DNA of 63,367 nucleotides, filler included, from Rhabdomonas costata (lineage: Eukaryota), in the NCBI GenBank assembly GCA_019059605.1. It is 38 parts of 38 records of this genome, joined end to end, with 100 filler letters (N's around TTAATTAATTAA, not from the genome) between each part and the next. Parts side by side here need not be neighbours in the genome. Positions count along the whole stretch, not along the records: positions 50,089 to 51,657 come from JAHMHO010012853.1; positions 51,758 to 53,326 come from JAHMHO010012854.1; positions 53,427 to 54,995 come from JAHMHO010012855.1; positions 55,096 to 56,669 come from JAHMHO010012856.1; positions 56,770 to 58,341 come from JAHMHO010012857.1; positions 58,442 to 60,029 come from JAHMHO010012858.1; positions 60,130 to 61,698 come from JAHMHO010012859.1; positions 61,799 to 63,367 come from JAHMHO010012860.1; 30 more parts are not named here. One strand, 5' to 3'. Below are positions 50,653-62,166 of this stretch, piece after piece. A program made the position numbers and the translations under genes. Position 1 is the first letter of the stretch; each line of letters begins with the position of its first letter. The notes beneath the pieces are model-generated. The model saw only the letters and a program-made list of their open reading frames with translations. It was not told the DNA's origin and made no database searches.

Positions 50653-51640
50653 GGTGGTGCTGTACATCGTCGACTCATACCAGGTTATCCTTCAGCTTGT
50701 GTGTGGGGGAAACCGTGGGGAGAGCTCTTTTCATTGCATAAAATTTCCATATGGATCTGTCTTTCTCTTTCTGTCTTTCAGTTTGATAACAGTTCATTTT
50801 GAATCCATTTGGGTGCGGTTTTTTGAAGAGGGTTCCTATCTCATTTGAAGTACACCACCAGGAGTCAAGGACATTTTGTACCACTTCTTCTTTTTTACGC
50901 GTTAGGTGGACCAAGCTCTCGCGGAGGCGGGATACGCCATGAAGGCCGTTGCTGCAATCAGCGCCATCTTCTTCAGCATTGACATTATTATCAACATCCT
51001 GATCAGCCCCACGATATACTCCTACTTCCTAAAGTCTGGCGATGCACAACACCGGGACCCCACGATTTCATTTTTTCTTTGATGGAACAAAGAAAACAAG
51101 AAAAAAAGGTAGTAAAGAAGAACTTCGTTTGTTGTCCAAGATAAGCAGCTTGCCCCGTCTTTGGAACTAATGCACAGTGTGCGCACACAAATACCCGCAT
51201 GATCTTTTGACTCCTGTCCATGCACTTCACACTGCTCTCCAGCTATTATAACACATCTGTCACCTGATCACGCTTTTACCACGATTTTTTTCCTTCAGAA
51301 TTCCGTCTCGCTGACGCAGTCTGAAAAGCGGAATCCAAACGTCAACATGTCGTCTGTTGGTTTAATGATTCGTCGAGACAAACGCAACCTCTTCTTTATC
51401 ACTTCTCGTTTTCAACAGCATGCTCTCCGGTGTCAATATTTGGTCCTGTTTAGATTATAAGATTCTTCCGCAAGTCGCGCCTCCTGTGTGTTCTTATGGG
51501 GCAGGTGGGACTCCTGGGTGGACATCATCTCAGTGATCCCACTGTTTACGATGTTTACTCCTTACAAGCTGGCGCCCTTTCTCACTGTCTTCCGAATGTT
51601 TCGGCTCACTCGGGTGTACCGGATCCTCCGCCTGACGAAG
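50653..51640 (+). CDS. Voltage-sensor domain (S1-S4) of an ion channel, three exons
   Basis: Exons 50653-50683 (VVLYIVDSYQ), 50906-51033 (AIFFSIDIIINILISPTIYSYFLK) and 51505-51640 (WDSWVDIISVIPLF...FLTVFRMFRLTRVYRILRLTK). S4 has Arg at every third position. Confidence 0.85.
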
Positions 51641-53032
51641 GTGGAGCAACACCCACCNNNNNNNNNNNNNNNNNNNNNNNNNNNNNNNNNNNNNNNNNNN
51701 NTTAATTAATTAANNNNNNNNNNNNNNNNNNNNNNNNNNNNNNNNNNNNNNNNNNNNGTGGTGGGTGTGGTTGGGTGTGGGGGGGAGATAAAGAATGGGG
51801 AATTTTGGCGCATGTACATTGCACACGACGTTGAGAGGGAGATAAACATTTGCTGACGTGGGACATAGCTGGAATGCAATAAGTTAGGATTGGCCGTTGA
51901 CCGTTGAAGGGAAGGTTATTTCGAGATTCGATGATGCATGCATTCCAAGAATCATGGCCATCGGCCGTGAATCTTCATCAGTTAGCCCAACCCCTGGAAC
52001 GAGAGGCCCACGTGCTGCTTTGTTTTGTGGCCTCTCATTCAACTTTCTCCTTCACCAGGCAAGGTCACAAACTAAAAAAAAAACAGCACCTGCTGTGGTC
52101 CTTTGCTTTGGGGAGAAGGTCTCCCTCTGCAACCACCGGTGGCGGCCTCTACCCATGACGGGAGTGGAGGAATGGCAATAACCAGACCTGAGGTCTACAG
52201 GGGTGAAGAGGTCACATTTCATATCTTTATATCTTTGGGGTACCATTGGTTAAGTGAGGGCGCCATTTTCTTCTTTAACTGTTAATTGTGTGATTGCTTT
52301 CGAGGGGGAGGGGGCTTGTTCTGTGAAACAAACTCGCACACAGCTGGAACAGTGAAGAGCGTCAGGCGCAGCCCGTTTCTGTCGCCTCCCACACACAAGA
52401 ACTTTGAAACCATCATTGGGACCGCGGCGCCAAACCTTGGGTGTCTTGAACTTTCATAAAGAAACCAGGTTCGGGGTTGGCTCAGGGAACGGTGGTTGTC
52501 TTGAAGAACGGCCAGAAGGTGGGCGAGATGCATCAGTGTGAGTTTATGTGTCCTTGCAGGGGGTTAGGTGGCGATGCTCACAGCTTTTGCGCGGATGATT
52601 GATGCTTGATACTTGATGATGTCCACTTTCCCAAGTTTCCTCAGTGGCAGGTAGCGCAGCAACAATGTCAGCGGCACCACCAAGGCACCTGGCTGAAGGG
52701 CTGCCACCACTCAACTTCCGGTGTTTGCCCTTCGATGATCCGCCATCCTCTCTCCAAGGCTTGTACGAATCCGCTAGAGATCGTGCAAGATGTTGAAATG
52801 TGCTAAGATGGCGGATGTTGCTGCAGGGCAAGCTGAGCTCTGTGTGTGAATGGTGATAATTCACCTTATCAGTGGTGATGCCCAGTCCCCGTCTCCCGCT
52901 CCTGCTCTGGTTGAGTGAAGACCCACCCAAGTTTTGCCCCTTCGATCCCCCTCACACTTTCCGGATGAGGCCAACGTCCGAATTCGTAAAGTTGTTGGAG
53001 CGATGTGTGTGTGTGTGTGGGGGGGGATTCAG

Positions 53033-53182
53033 GAAGCCGTGCAGCAGCAGCTGGGAAGGCTTGCCCGTCGCGAAGACTTGCAGCGCAGCCTGGAACTCGC
53101 AGTGCGGCAGCAGCAGCAGCAGAGTGGCAGGCCGCCTCCGCCTCCGCAACAGATCATCCGAGCGGCTGCACAAGCCCAGCAG
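53033..53182 (+). CDS. Gln/Pro-rich hypothetical exon
   Basis: Phase-0 exon CAG|...|GTGCGT encoding EAVQQQLGRLARREDLQRSLELAVRQQQQQSGRPPPPPQQIIRAAAQAQQ. Confidence 0.5.
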
Positions 53183-53426
53183 GTGCGTCACAGAGAGGAA
53201 TAGGAGGGAATCCATCATCCTTTTTGGCCCTTTTGGGGGCTTTTCCGCACACCATCTGCATTCTCCGTTCCAAGTGGTGCACAACTTGGGTGGGTCTTCA
53301 CCCAACACCTAAACACACGCAACACANNNNNNNNNNNNNNNNNNNNNNNNNNNNNNNNNNNNNNNNNNNNTTAATTAATTAANNNNNNNNNNNNNNNNNN
53401 NNNNNNNNNNNNNNNNNNNNNNNNNN

Positions 53427-54995
53427 GGGTTGTGGGCGCTTGCGGTTGCGCCGTGTCTTACACCAACGTTCAAATTGGTGGCCTCCCGTTCTGCAACCTT
53501 TTCCTCTCTATTGTGGGTGCCCTGACCCTGACCAGCTCCCAGATTACGTTCCAGATATCAAAGGTTTGAAGGATTTTTTTTCATTTTCCTCATTTTCGCG
53601 TGTGAAAGAACCCCTGTAAAAGAACTGCTGCTAACAGAGCAGCTCCAAATCCGGGCCGTTCAAGCGCTCGGGCCTTGCTGAAGTTGTTTCGGTGCCCCTT
53701 CGAGGCGCCATTCCAAGCGAGGGGTTCATGTTGCGTGAATTAAGCTTCGCAGTGGGATCGGCTTTTTTTTAACAGGACTGCTCGACGTTTACAGTCGACG
53801 CGTTCAAGAGCGCGATCTACACGACCACTGGGATTCCAGCCGCGGTATTTCATTTCCGACATCACTAAGTTGTTCTGCTCTTCAACTGCTCCTCAACTCC
53901 TCTTCAACTCAAAAATCGTCAAAATGTGCAGTTGAAAAAGTTGTGCTGCTCGGGTGAGTGCCCTAAGTCCTAACTGGACCACTGAAAAAGTCACCTAATT
54001 GTGCACTACATTGGGTCCACTGCACCGACAAGTGTTCCTTTTTCCCAGCTTCCCCCCCCCCCTTCCAAAAAAAAGGCGATCAAGATCTTGTCCTGGGCGT
54101 GCGGCTCCATCACCATCACCTTCGTTGTGCTGGGCAGCAACTCGGCGCTGCTCGCCGCCGCTGTTCAGGCCATCCTAGCAGCAGCTGCCCCTGGTGGTTC
54201 CTTGGCCGTTCTCTTGGGAATCACGTATGCTGGCATCGGCGGCTTGCCCACAACGTACTATCCGCTGCCGTACTGCTTCTACGACGGTTACAGCTACTGC
54301 ACGACCACCGTTACGATGCCAATCTCGTGTGGCGCTTTTTACGCGTCTGTTGGGTTTGGTTGGCAACTTCTGGGCCTCGGACTAAATCGGACGTTCAATT
54401 TTGAGGCTTTTAAGACCTTTACGACATACGTGCATTTCCAGGGCCACTCTTGGGTTTTACACATGTTCCAAGTTTTCTGCCCGGGCAGCTTAGCACAGCG
54501 TAGGGTAGAGCCCTAATGATGACACCTACAGGCCATTTTGGGGGACATGGGGACATGGGGAGCTGGTACTGGTGCTTTACAAACGAAAGAAGTTGACATG
54601 TTCCTTCACCTGCGATCACAGCTTCAAATTCTTCATAAGTGTGTTATCCTTTTTATTTGTGGTTGTGTTGCTAAAACAAACGCCTTTGAAATCTTTTTAT
54701 CCTGCTGTGGCACAGTTTTCAAGTGAATGTTGAGCGTTTTACTTTGCCTATTTTCATCACTCAAGTATTCCTATCCCTGGGTTTGAAAGAAATGAAGCCA
54801 CAACGACATGCCGTCTTCCACACTTGCGGTACCCGCTGGCGCTGTCCCCCTCACAGGAGCAGTAACCCCGCGCTGTTCGCACTGCTGACTCTGCTCGTCA
54901 TCCCACTGGTCTTGATTGTCGGCCTGTTGGTGTGGTGCTGCATGCAGAAGGAGGCTGCCTGCGAGCCGCTGCAGATCTGCCCACCCAACCCCCAC
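53427..54995 (+). CDS. Type I membrane surface protein with SEA-like juxtamembrane domain, four exons
   Basis: Exons ending 53563, 53776-53844 (DCSTFTVDAFKSAIYTTTGIPAA), from 54076 (AIKILSWACGSITITFVV, a GS.V.F SEA-like motif; donor uncertain) and from 54857 (SSNPALFALLTLLVIPLVLIVGLLVWCC, TM). Confidence 0.65.
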
Positions 54996-56569
54996 NNNNN
55001 NNNNNNNNNNNNNNNNNNNNNNNNNNNNNNNNNNNNNNNTTAATTAATTAANNNNNNNNNNNNNNNNNNNNNNNNNNNNNNNNNNNNNNNNNNNNGGGGG
55101 TTGTGTGCACTTTTTGCAGCCTGGACAGGGAACGGGGGGTGCCGGTTTTGTGTCCACTATATGCTCGTTAAGACACACATAACGTGATTGTTGCAGCATT
55201 CCCACCCACTAGGAAGCTACACCCAAGCGAACTCTTCCATTATGCTCTATTGAGGTTGTTAAGGACGGAAGGCGAGCTCACGCGCTTGGCGCGCAAGCCA
55301 CACCACGCAGAGAGACCTCTGCACATTGGTTACCAGAGCATAAGAAAGCACCCATTTGCATCCCAAACGGGTACGTTAAAATCCCCCGCCCCCTACGAAC
55401 AGAGATTACCCGGAGAAAAAGGGAAGCGCTTGCATGGCTATCTCCAAAGTCTTCCGTTCGAATCCCAGATGGCATATGCATTGTCCTCTGTTCGTGTGCA
55501 AAAGCTTCTGATCGAATCCCGAATGTCATGCTGAAAACTTTGACTTCGTAGTTCCCCGGCTCCGAACTCGATTTTGCATTGTGTAGCAGCTGACTTGGGA
55601 CCGAGCTCGGGTTTCGCGGTGTGGAACATTTGAAGTCTTGCCAGGGGTTCAACTTTAAAAGATGCCGTCTTTGGAGTGAATCTGTTTCCTCGGTGTTCGG
55701 GCAGGCGACTGGGTTGGCAATTGGACCCAGAGTCCGACGGCACTCGCTACGTCGGCACCCTGACGTGACCCCCATCCTTGAGCACGGAGTTCCTCCCAAC
55801 CCAGTCGGAGGCTGAGGCGCCCACCATCTCCGTTGGTTTTTCTGAGGGGGTCTCCACCAGAGCTGCTCCCAGTACACCGCCCTATCGGATGGTTTTCGTG
55901 AGCGACTTTTGGCGGCCCGGATGCGGAAGAAGGCGTGTACTGTCCGCGATTGCGTGTACTCTGCAACTATGCAGAGACCACCCCCAATGAAGTGCACACC
56001 CTGCCCCGCTCGCAGAATCTGGGCGTTTACTGTACGAGCTCGGGATCGCGAGAGACATCAGGCGATTCACAACTGTTCCACCGCACAGGCTACGCAGCCA
56101 AGTTTTTCCTTGCTATCACAGAGAGTGTATTCCCTCCACGACAGAAGCAAACCGCTGAAATGTCTCATATTACGTTTTCCCGCTTTGTCTGCGCTGGTTT
56201 TTATTTTTTATGCCTGTCCACGAACCGGCTTTGGTGTCAACAAAAACATCCGAAATGGGTTTCTGTCTAAACGCAGCCCAAATTGAGTGCATGGCGCTAA
56301 TTGACACTATTGGGGCTGGATGGCGTTTCGGCAGATACTGTTTGTTGTTTCTCAACTCTGTTCATTTATTTAACTATCTGGGGTAAGGATCACATTCGGG
56401 GGGACTGCATCCTTTCTCTTGCAGGGGACAGTAACATGAGGCAGCGAAGCGCTGCGCGGACAGAGAAAAGGGAGATGCCCGATGGTCCCATGGCCTTCGA
56501 GAGTGGAGATCCCAGTTGGGAAGAGAATCACGAGTCTTCCCCAGAAAAAGCTGCCTTTGCCAAGTGCAC

Positions 56570-56572
<3 letters not shown>

Positions 56573-56607
<35 letters not shown>
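56573..56607. repeat. (GT)n microsatellite
   Basis: About 17 perfect units. Confidence 0.95.
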
Positions 56608-56608
<1 letters not shown>

Positions 56609-56769
56609 TCTGTGAGCTCTCCCAGACTCGCAACCAGGATGGAAAAACACCCCCACCCACACCCAACACNNNNNNNNNNNNNNNNNNNNNNNNNNNNNNN
56701 NNNNNNNNNNNNNTTAATTAATTAANNNNNNNNNNNNNNNNNNNNNNNNNNNNNNNNNNNNNNNNNNNN

Positions 56770-56871
56770 GTGAGTGAGTGAGTGAGTGAGTGAGTGAGTG
56801 AGTGAGTGAGTGAGTGAGTGAGTGAGTGAGTGAATGAGTGAGTGAGCGAGCGAGCGACTGAGTGAGTGAGT
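56770..56871. repeat. (GTGA)n microsatellite
   Basis: About 25 units with a few GCGA variants at the contig start. Confidence 0.95.
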
Positions 56872-57336
56872 CATGTGGGCAAACCCCGACAAACGTCGCA
56901 CTCTCGTTAAAGACCGCGCCTCCAGAGGCGAAGTAGTCGTGGCAGAACAGGGCCTGAGCACAGCGCCGTGGCAGGAAAAACCACACAAACCGAGCTAGGG
57001 GACGAACCGATCGCTGCAGGCAGCGCACTGCGCAAGCTACGCAAGCCGGATGATAACCGGAATTTAAATAGCTGGGATAGCTGGGGACTTCGGTGTGGCG
57101 CCGCAAGCTGATCGATCCTTGGAAGATTTACCAAGTGCAGACGAGGAGTGAAGGCGAAATATAGAATTCGCAGTTTGTAACGGGAAAGTCTGCAGAACCA
57201 GATCGTGAATGCACACGCGTGGTCGGTTTCCACTACGGCAACTACAAACATCAGGGCATTTACAGCGATTACACAGTTTGCGATATATCACAAAATCACA
57301 GCATTTAACCAACAAATGGCAGAGAGACAGATATAC

Positions 57337-57460
57337 CTTCAGCTCTGCAGCGTTCTTGGAGGAGGTCAACACAGTGTTGACGTGGAGCTTCCGGGGCTTC
57401 TCTCCGTCAGGGTGTTGCAGAGCCAGCACCGTGTCACCGACCCGGAGGATGCTCTGTGGC
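57337..57460 (-). CDS. Possible trypsin-like peptidase exon
   Basis: LRVGDTVLALQHPDGEKPRKLHVNTV...ELK|GTATAT resembles the G..v.iiqHP.G.pk motif of Trypsin_2 peptidases. No catalytic motif seen. Confidence 0.35.
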
Positions 57461-58442
57461 GGGCGGGACAATCATATCCAGTGGGTGACAACGTTGGGTC
57501 ACACTCTTCCTTTCTTCGGAAGGGGTACTGTCGCATAAAATGTGTTTGTTGGTGGGGTGAGGTAATTAGCTGGGAGGACAAGCAATCACTCGACAACAAA
57601 ACTCGAAAAAAGAAGGCATCGGACGCCCCTTAAGGTTCTCAGGGCACACCAGGGCGAGCCCAGGAAATCCCCAACGGCACGTCAGCTCTTCGGCAGCGGC
57701 GCAAGAACCACAAGAGCGCAGCCCAAGATCGAAAATTCACAAAACACCGAGTGAAAGACTCACCCGTCCGTCCGCTCATATCAGCACTACGCTTCCGGTG
57801 AAAGGTCGAAGCAATGGTGCACAGCATCCATACCATGATTCGGATAAGATGCCGATAGAGGATGACATTACTGGCTGTGTTGGATGCAACGCTTCATGAC
57901 CACAGTAAAAAGGGAGAGAAGAGGGAGAAGCGAAGCTTAACCTTCTCTTGAAGTGCCTTAGTCACGGGGAGGTACAGTGGAACAACGTCGTGGACACCCC
58001 CGCCGGCTTTGCCCCTGTAGCGACAAATAAGAGCCGGAAACCAGGCAGGCGGGTGGGTAGTTGCGGAACAACGAAGAAGCGTTCTTCCAGACCTCTTCCC
58101 TTTAGTGTACGCTGATACATTAGCCGATCGCGGGTGTTCTCCCTCATAGCATAGTGATTCAAAAATTGAATGATTCGAAACCTAATGAGAACCCGTAAGG
58201 ATAACATTGAAAACACAAATCACACAACCTGTTCCACCTCGAGGGACGGGAGATGAGGGGATTGTGGTGGAACTGAGGAGGACTGGCCACTTCCGTGGGC
58301 TGGTGAGTTGTGCAAGGTCCTCACCCAACTCAGGCCAACCTNNNNNNNNNNNNNNNNNNNNNNNNNNNNNNNNNNNNNNNNNNNNTTAATTAATTAANNN
58401 NNNNNNNNNNNNNNNNNNNNNNNNNNNNNNNNNNNNNNNNNG

Positions 58443-58595
58443 GTTGGGTGTTAGAGGGCAACACACGTGTCCCCTGGAATCCCAATCGAAGACTGGCAGG
58501 GGGTTAGGGTGCGCTGCACGCATCCCCCGGGATCCGAATAGCAGACCTGCAGGGAGTTAGGTGGTGATGCAAGTGTCCCCTGGGACAGGAGCACA
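58443..58595. repeat. Degenerate 53-bp tandem repeat (three units here, two more at 58871 and 58924)
   Basis: Core GCAGGGGGTTAGGG.GCGA.GCA.GTGTCCCCTGGGA. Unit starts 58496/58549 and 58871/58924 are each 53 bp apart. Confidence 0.8.
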
Positions 58596-58708
58596 GGGGC
58601 CTAGCCCCCCGGGAACGTAAAGGGACTTGTATCTTGATCGGCTTCTCAAGATCTTCACGGCCTCTGTTTAACTGTTTTTCTCTAATTTGTGGTTTTATAT
58701 ATATAGTT

Positions 58709-58985
58709 GGCACTCCTACCGCAGTGAACCCTTTTTTCCCTTTATGTCTCCTTCTTGAGGATGATCACTATTTATGATGTCTTGGAGCTCTGCAGTGATG
58801 ATCTGAAGCTTCGGGAGTGGCTACAGGGCGAAAGGACATTTTCAGGGGTGGTGTTCTTTTATTTCCTCTCGCAGGGGGTTAGGGAGCGACGTACGTGTCC
58901 CCTGGGATATGATAATTAGTCTCGCATGGGGTTGGGGAGCGATGCAGCTGTCCCCGAAAAAAAGGTTCACTGCGGTTGGTATGCC
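58709..58985. mobile_element. 277-bp non-autonomous DNA transposon (MITE) with 30-bp TIRs and 8-bp TSD
   Basis: Left end GGCACTCCTACCGCAGTGAACCCTTTTTTC versus reverse-complemented right end GGCATACCAACCGCAGTGAACCTTTTTTTC (26/30). A perfect direct repeat ATATAGTT lies at 58701-58708 and 58986-58993. Confidence 0.8.
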
Positions 58986-59179
58986 ATATAGTTATATCAA
59001 TTACTTCGCAACTCCTGGGAACCCTTCATCGCCCTTCCCGGGCAAATTCACCGAATTCAGCCTCTAACACACCAAAAAACCGTGGAAACGTACCCCGATA
59101 CAAAATGTCCAATTTGGTAACCCACTGTATAACACCGTAAACCAAAGCATGCATTAACCATATGAACTCCCTCACTCAC

Positions 59180-59329
59180 CTGAGGCCCAGGGTGCACCAC
59201 AACAGTCCGGAAGGCATTTTTCTGGGCAATCGCCAGCAGGCCCACCAGGGTGCCCTCCGACAGGGGCCGCCCCAGTGCCCCGGCCAGGGTGACGAACCCC
59301 AGGGGCACCACTCCGCCCGGCTGCAGGAC
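59180..59329 (-). CDS. Hypothetical internal exon
   Basis: A 50-codon GC-rich phase-0 exon TAG|VLQPGGVVPLGFVTLAGALGRPLSEGTLVGLLAIAQKNAFRTVVVHPGPQ|GTGAGT. Confidence 0.5.
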
Positions 59330-59870
59330 CTAAGAGTGGATGCGGTGGGTGGGGTCGGGGGAAACCCTCCTAGGTAGCGATGCATGTGTCCTTGGATCCC
59401 AATACACATTAGCGGGGGTTAAATAGTCCCAAAAAAACAGGATTTGGCTGCGGTGCACAGAAGCGAGCATCCGAGCTGCTTTTTTCTGCCAGAGTCTCAG
59501 CGGTGCGAAAAAAATGGGCAGGGCAGGGAGGGGTCCCCACAATAGCATGGATGCCATAGGGGCCAGCGTTACACCTGCTTTAACAAAGTCTCCACACGGA
59601 CCACACGGACCTGACACCGTAACCCCAACAGCCTGACCCACCACACCCTGACACCCAGCAACCATGAGCCCAAGACACCAACACACCATGACACTACAGC
59701 CCTTGACACAAACGCTAAACCCTGAGACCTTACAACATAACCCCTCGGACCTACAAGCAACGACACATCGACCCACAGCACAAGCCCTGACACCAACATC
59801 CACACAACTAAGCACCAACAACACCTACGCACCAACCATACCCTACGCCTAGACCTACTACACACTACGC

Positions 59871-59945
59871 TACACTACACTACACTACACTACACTACAC
59901 TACACTACACTACACTACACTACACTACACTACACTACACTACAC
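59871..59945. repeat. (TACAC)15 pentanucleotide microsatellite
   Basis: Perfect run preceded by an AC-rich degenerate tract. Confidence 0.95.
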
Positions 59946-61387
59946 AATACCATACTATAATATAATACACGCGCGTAAGGAACCCGACACCACCACACCC
60001 GATTAGCCCAGCACACACCCCCACCAACCNNNNNNNNNNNNNNNNNNNNNNNNNNNNNNNNNNNNNNNNNNNNTTAATTAATTAANNNNNNNNNNNNNNN
60101 NNNNNNNNNNNNNNNNNNNNNNNNNNNNNGTGTTGGGTGTGTGTGGGGGGGTGTTGGGGAGGGCAAGAAAACCACAAAGTTGGGCGGACAAGAGCAATTC
60201 GAAAGGACAGGTCGGCACCTCAGGTTCGAAATGCAGCGGAAATCCCACTACCATAGAAGTTGTCAGCATAACTTCAAGCAGCGTTGAGGTTGGGGGCGCG
60301 CAATGGAGGCAAGCTTCGCTCCGGTTTTCGAACGCCGCACAAAAATTCGCGAGATGTTGCAAAAAGGGTTCAGAGAAGGGTCAAGAGTGTGCTGGAAATA
60401 GTTATAGCGTGTGCACAAGGCCATTGCCCAACCAAGTAGAGGAAAGGGGACATTCCGTGAGAAGAGGCTCCGCTTGGCCCTGGCTCTGCGCTCCCTCCAT
60501 GGCCATGTTCGAACAACAAAATTTGAAAACAAATACAAAAGGGCAAGCAAAATAAACCGCAACTGGGGCGCACTGTCGAAATGCATGAATGATTGCGGTT
60601 ACGCGGTTGTCAACACGTTCCGAACATCTTCCATTCATCGGGTATGCTAAACTGCAGGAGTCTTCTCCATCCTCGAATCGCACAATCCGCTCACCAACCA
60701 CTGCAATGAAAGCCACAGAAGTTGCTTTCAATAAGTAGTTTCCCATTAAAATCACGCAAAGTCAAAAAATTTGAAAAGAGTGACAAAGGTCCACGAAAAG
60801 TGCTAAGACACCTGATTCAGCCGCCCAGAGTTCAGCACCCACGAAAAAGGGAGCCTATCGTTGGTAATTTGGTAAAACATCAGCGGGTTTCCGGAGAAGC
60901 AGCTTCCGTAACCAGCGCACAGGGTGGCACACCCCTCCAGAAGGAACCCAACATGTCGACAAGGGCACACCAGGGCAGACGGTGGAGGTGCCTGTGTTCT
61001 TCGCACACGCACACGCAGCCGCACACACCCAGGCACACGGCACACGGCAGATGGCAAGGAAGGACACGCAGGGCGCAAGCAAACAGAACGCCGCTGGTTC
61101 TGAAGTTGAGAAATAGTTTCTTTTTCTGAGGGGGGGGCACAGCGAGGCCAAAACCAGAACCGAAAACATTCCACTGAGTGGTGACACAATGCAATGAGGC
61201 CTTGCCATTGCAGAGGACGCCCCCCATCCCTCCAGCGGGGACCCAACATGACCTCTCAACTCACTCAATCCCCCGCACACTACCAACACCACACACCACA
61301 CAATCGAATTGAACATAAGGACGCCGCACACCAAACCACTCACAATCCCCAAATGCAACCCATTTGAACAGGAATCCATTGCCCCCT

Positions 61388-61610
61388 CTACTTCTCCAGC
61401 AAAGTGTACCCCGAGGGCCCGACCCCTGCCTGCCTCAGAAGCTCCACACAGTGCGCGTTGAAGCCCGGGGGCCCACAGACCACCACATGGCAGCCCTCAG
61501 GAAGAGTGCCTGAGGGGATAAGCGCGGCGCTGGCCTCTCCGGGGAGCAGCCCGCAGAACCCTTGGAGGTGCTCCAGGCGAAGGCGGTTGCGCAGGCCCTC
61601 AGCCACACGG
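61388..61610 (-). CDS. Final exon of an FNR/cytochrome b5 reductase-like NAD(P)H-binding domain
   Basis: ...CHVVVCGPPGFNAHCVELLRQAGVGPSGYTLLEK*, with the CGPP motif close to the C-terminus and stop at 61388. Confidence 0.75.
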
Positions 61611-62166
61611 CTAGTAACGGTATGTAGGGTAAACCGGGGCTCGGCCCGCGCTGGACGGGCAGCGTTGGGCGTGGCCGTAGCGGCGGTTTACCCACACANN
61701 NNNNNNNNNNNNNNNNNNNNNNNNNNNNNNNNNNNNNNNNNNTTAATTAATTAANNNNNNNNNNNNNNNNNNNNNNNNNNNNNNNNNNNNNNNNNNNNTG
61801 TTGGTTGTTTGGGGGCTTTCAGGCAGGCCTTCCAACCCATTGCATAAGGGGAGGGCGTTGAGGTTTTCCCCGCCTCTCGGGGTGTACGTTCTGTGGACGG
61901 AGCCAGTGAATAATCGCGATGGAAGGCGAGCAACGGTGTGTTGGGAGGTTGGGGGTGAGCCATTGCGAGGTTCCAGACATTGATGTCGTCCTCGCACTTT
62001 GCAAAGTTCGTTGCCCCGAAGAATCTACGAATGGGAAACACTCCCTCCAACGTGGGTAGGCCTTCTGCATGGCTCGTTCGCAAGTGCGTTGTTGTTTGTG
62101 CAGGCATCGCTGCTTCTCTTGCGCCCGCTTTCTTCGTTCTCCCTTCGCGCCCATATCACTACGATT

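Noticed and set aside
55278-56286. Overlapping 100-240 aa ORFs
   Set aside because: No frame shows a recognisable family or convincing splice boundaries.
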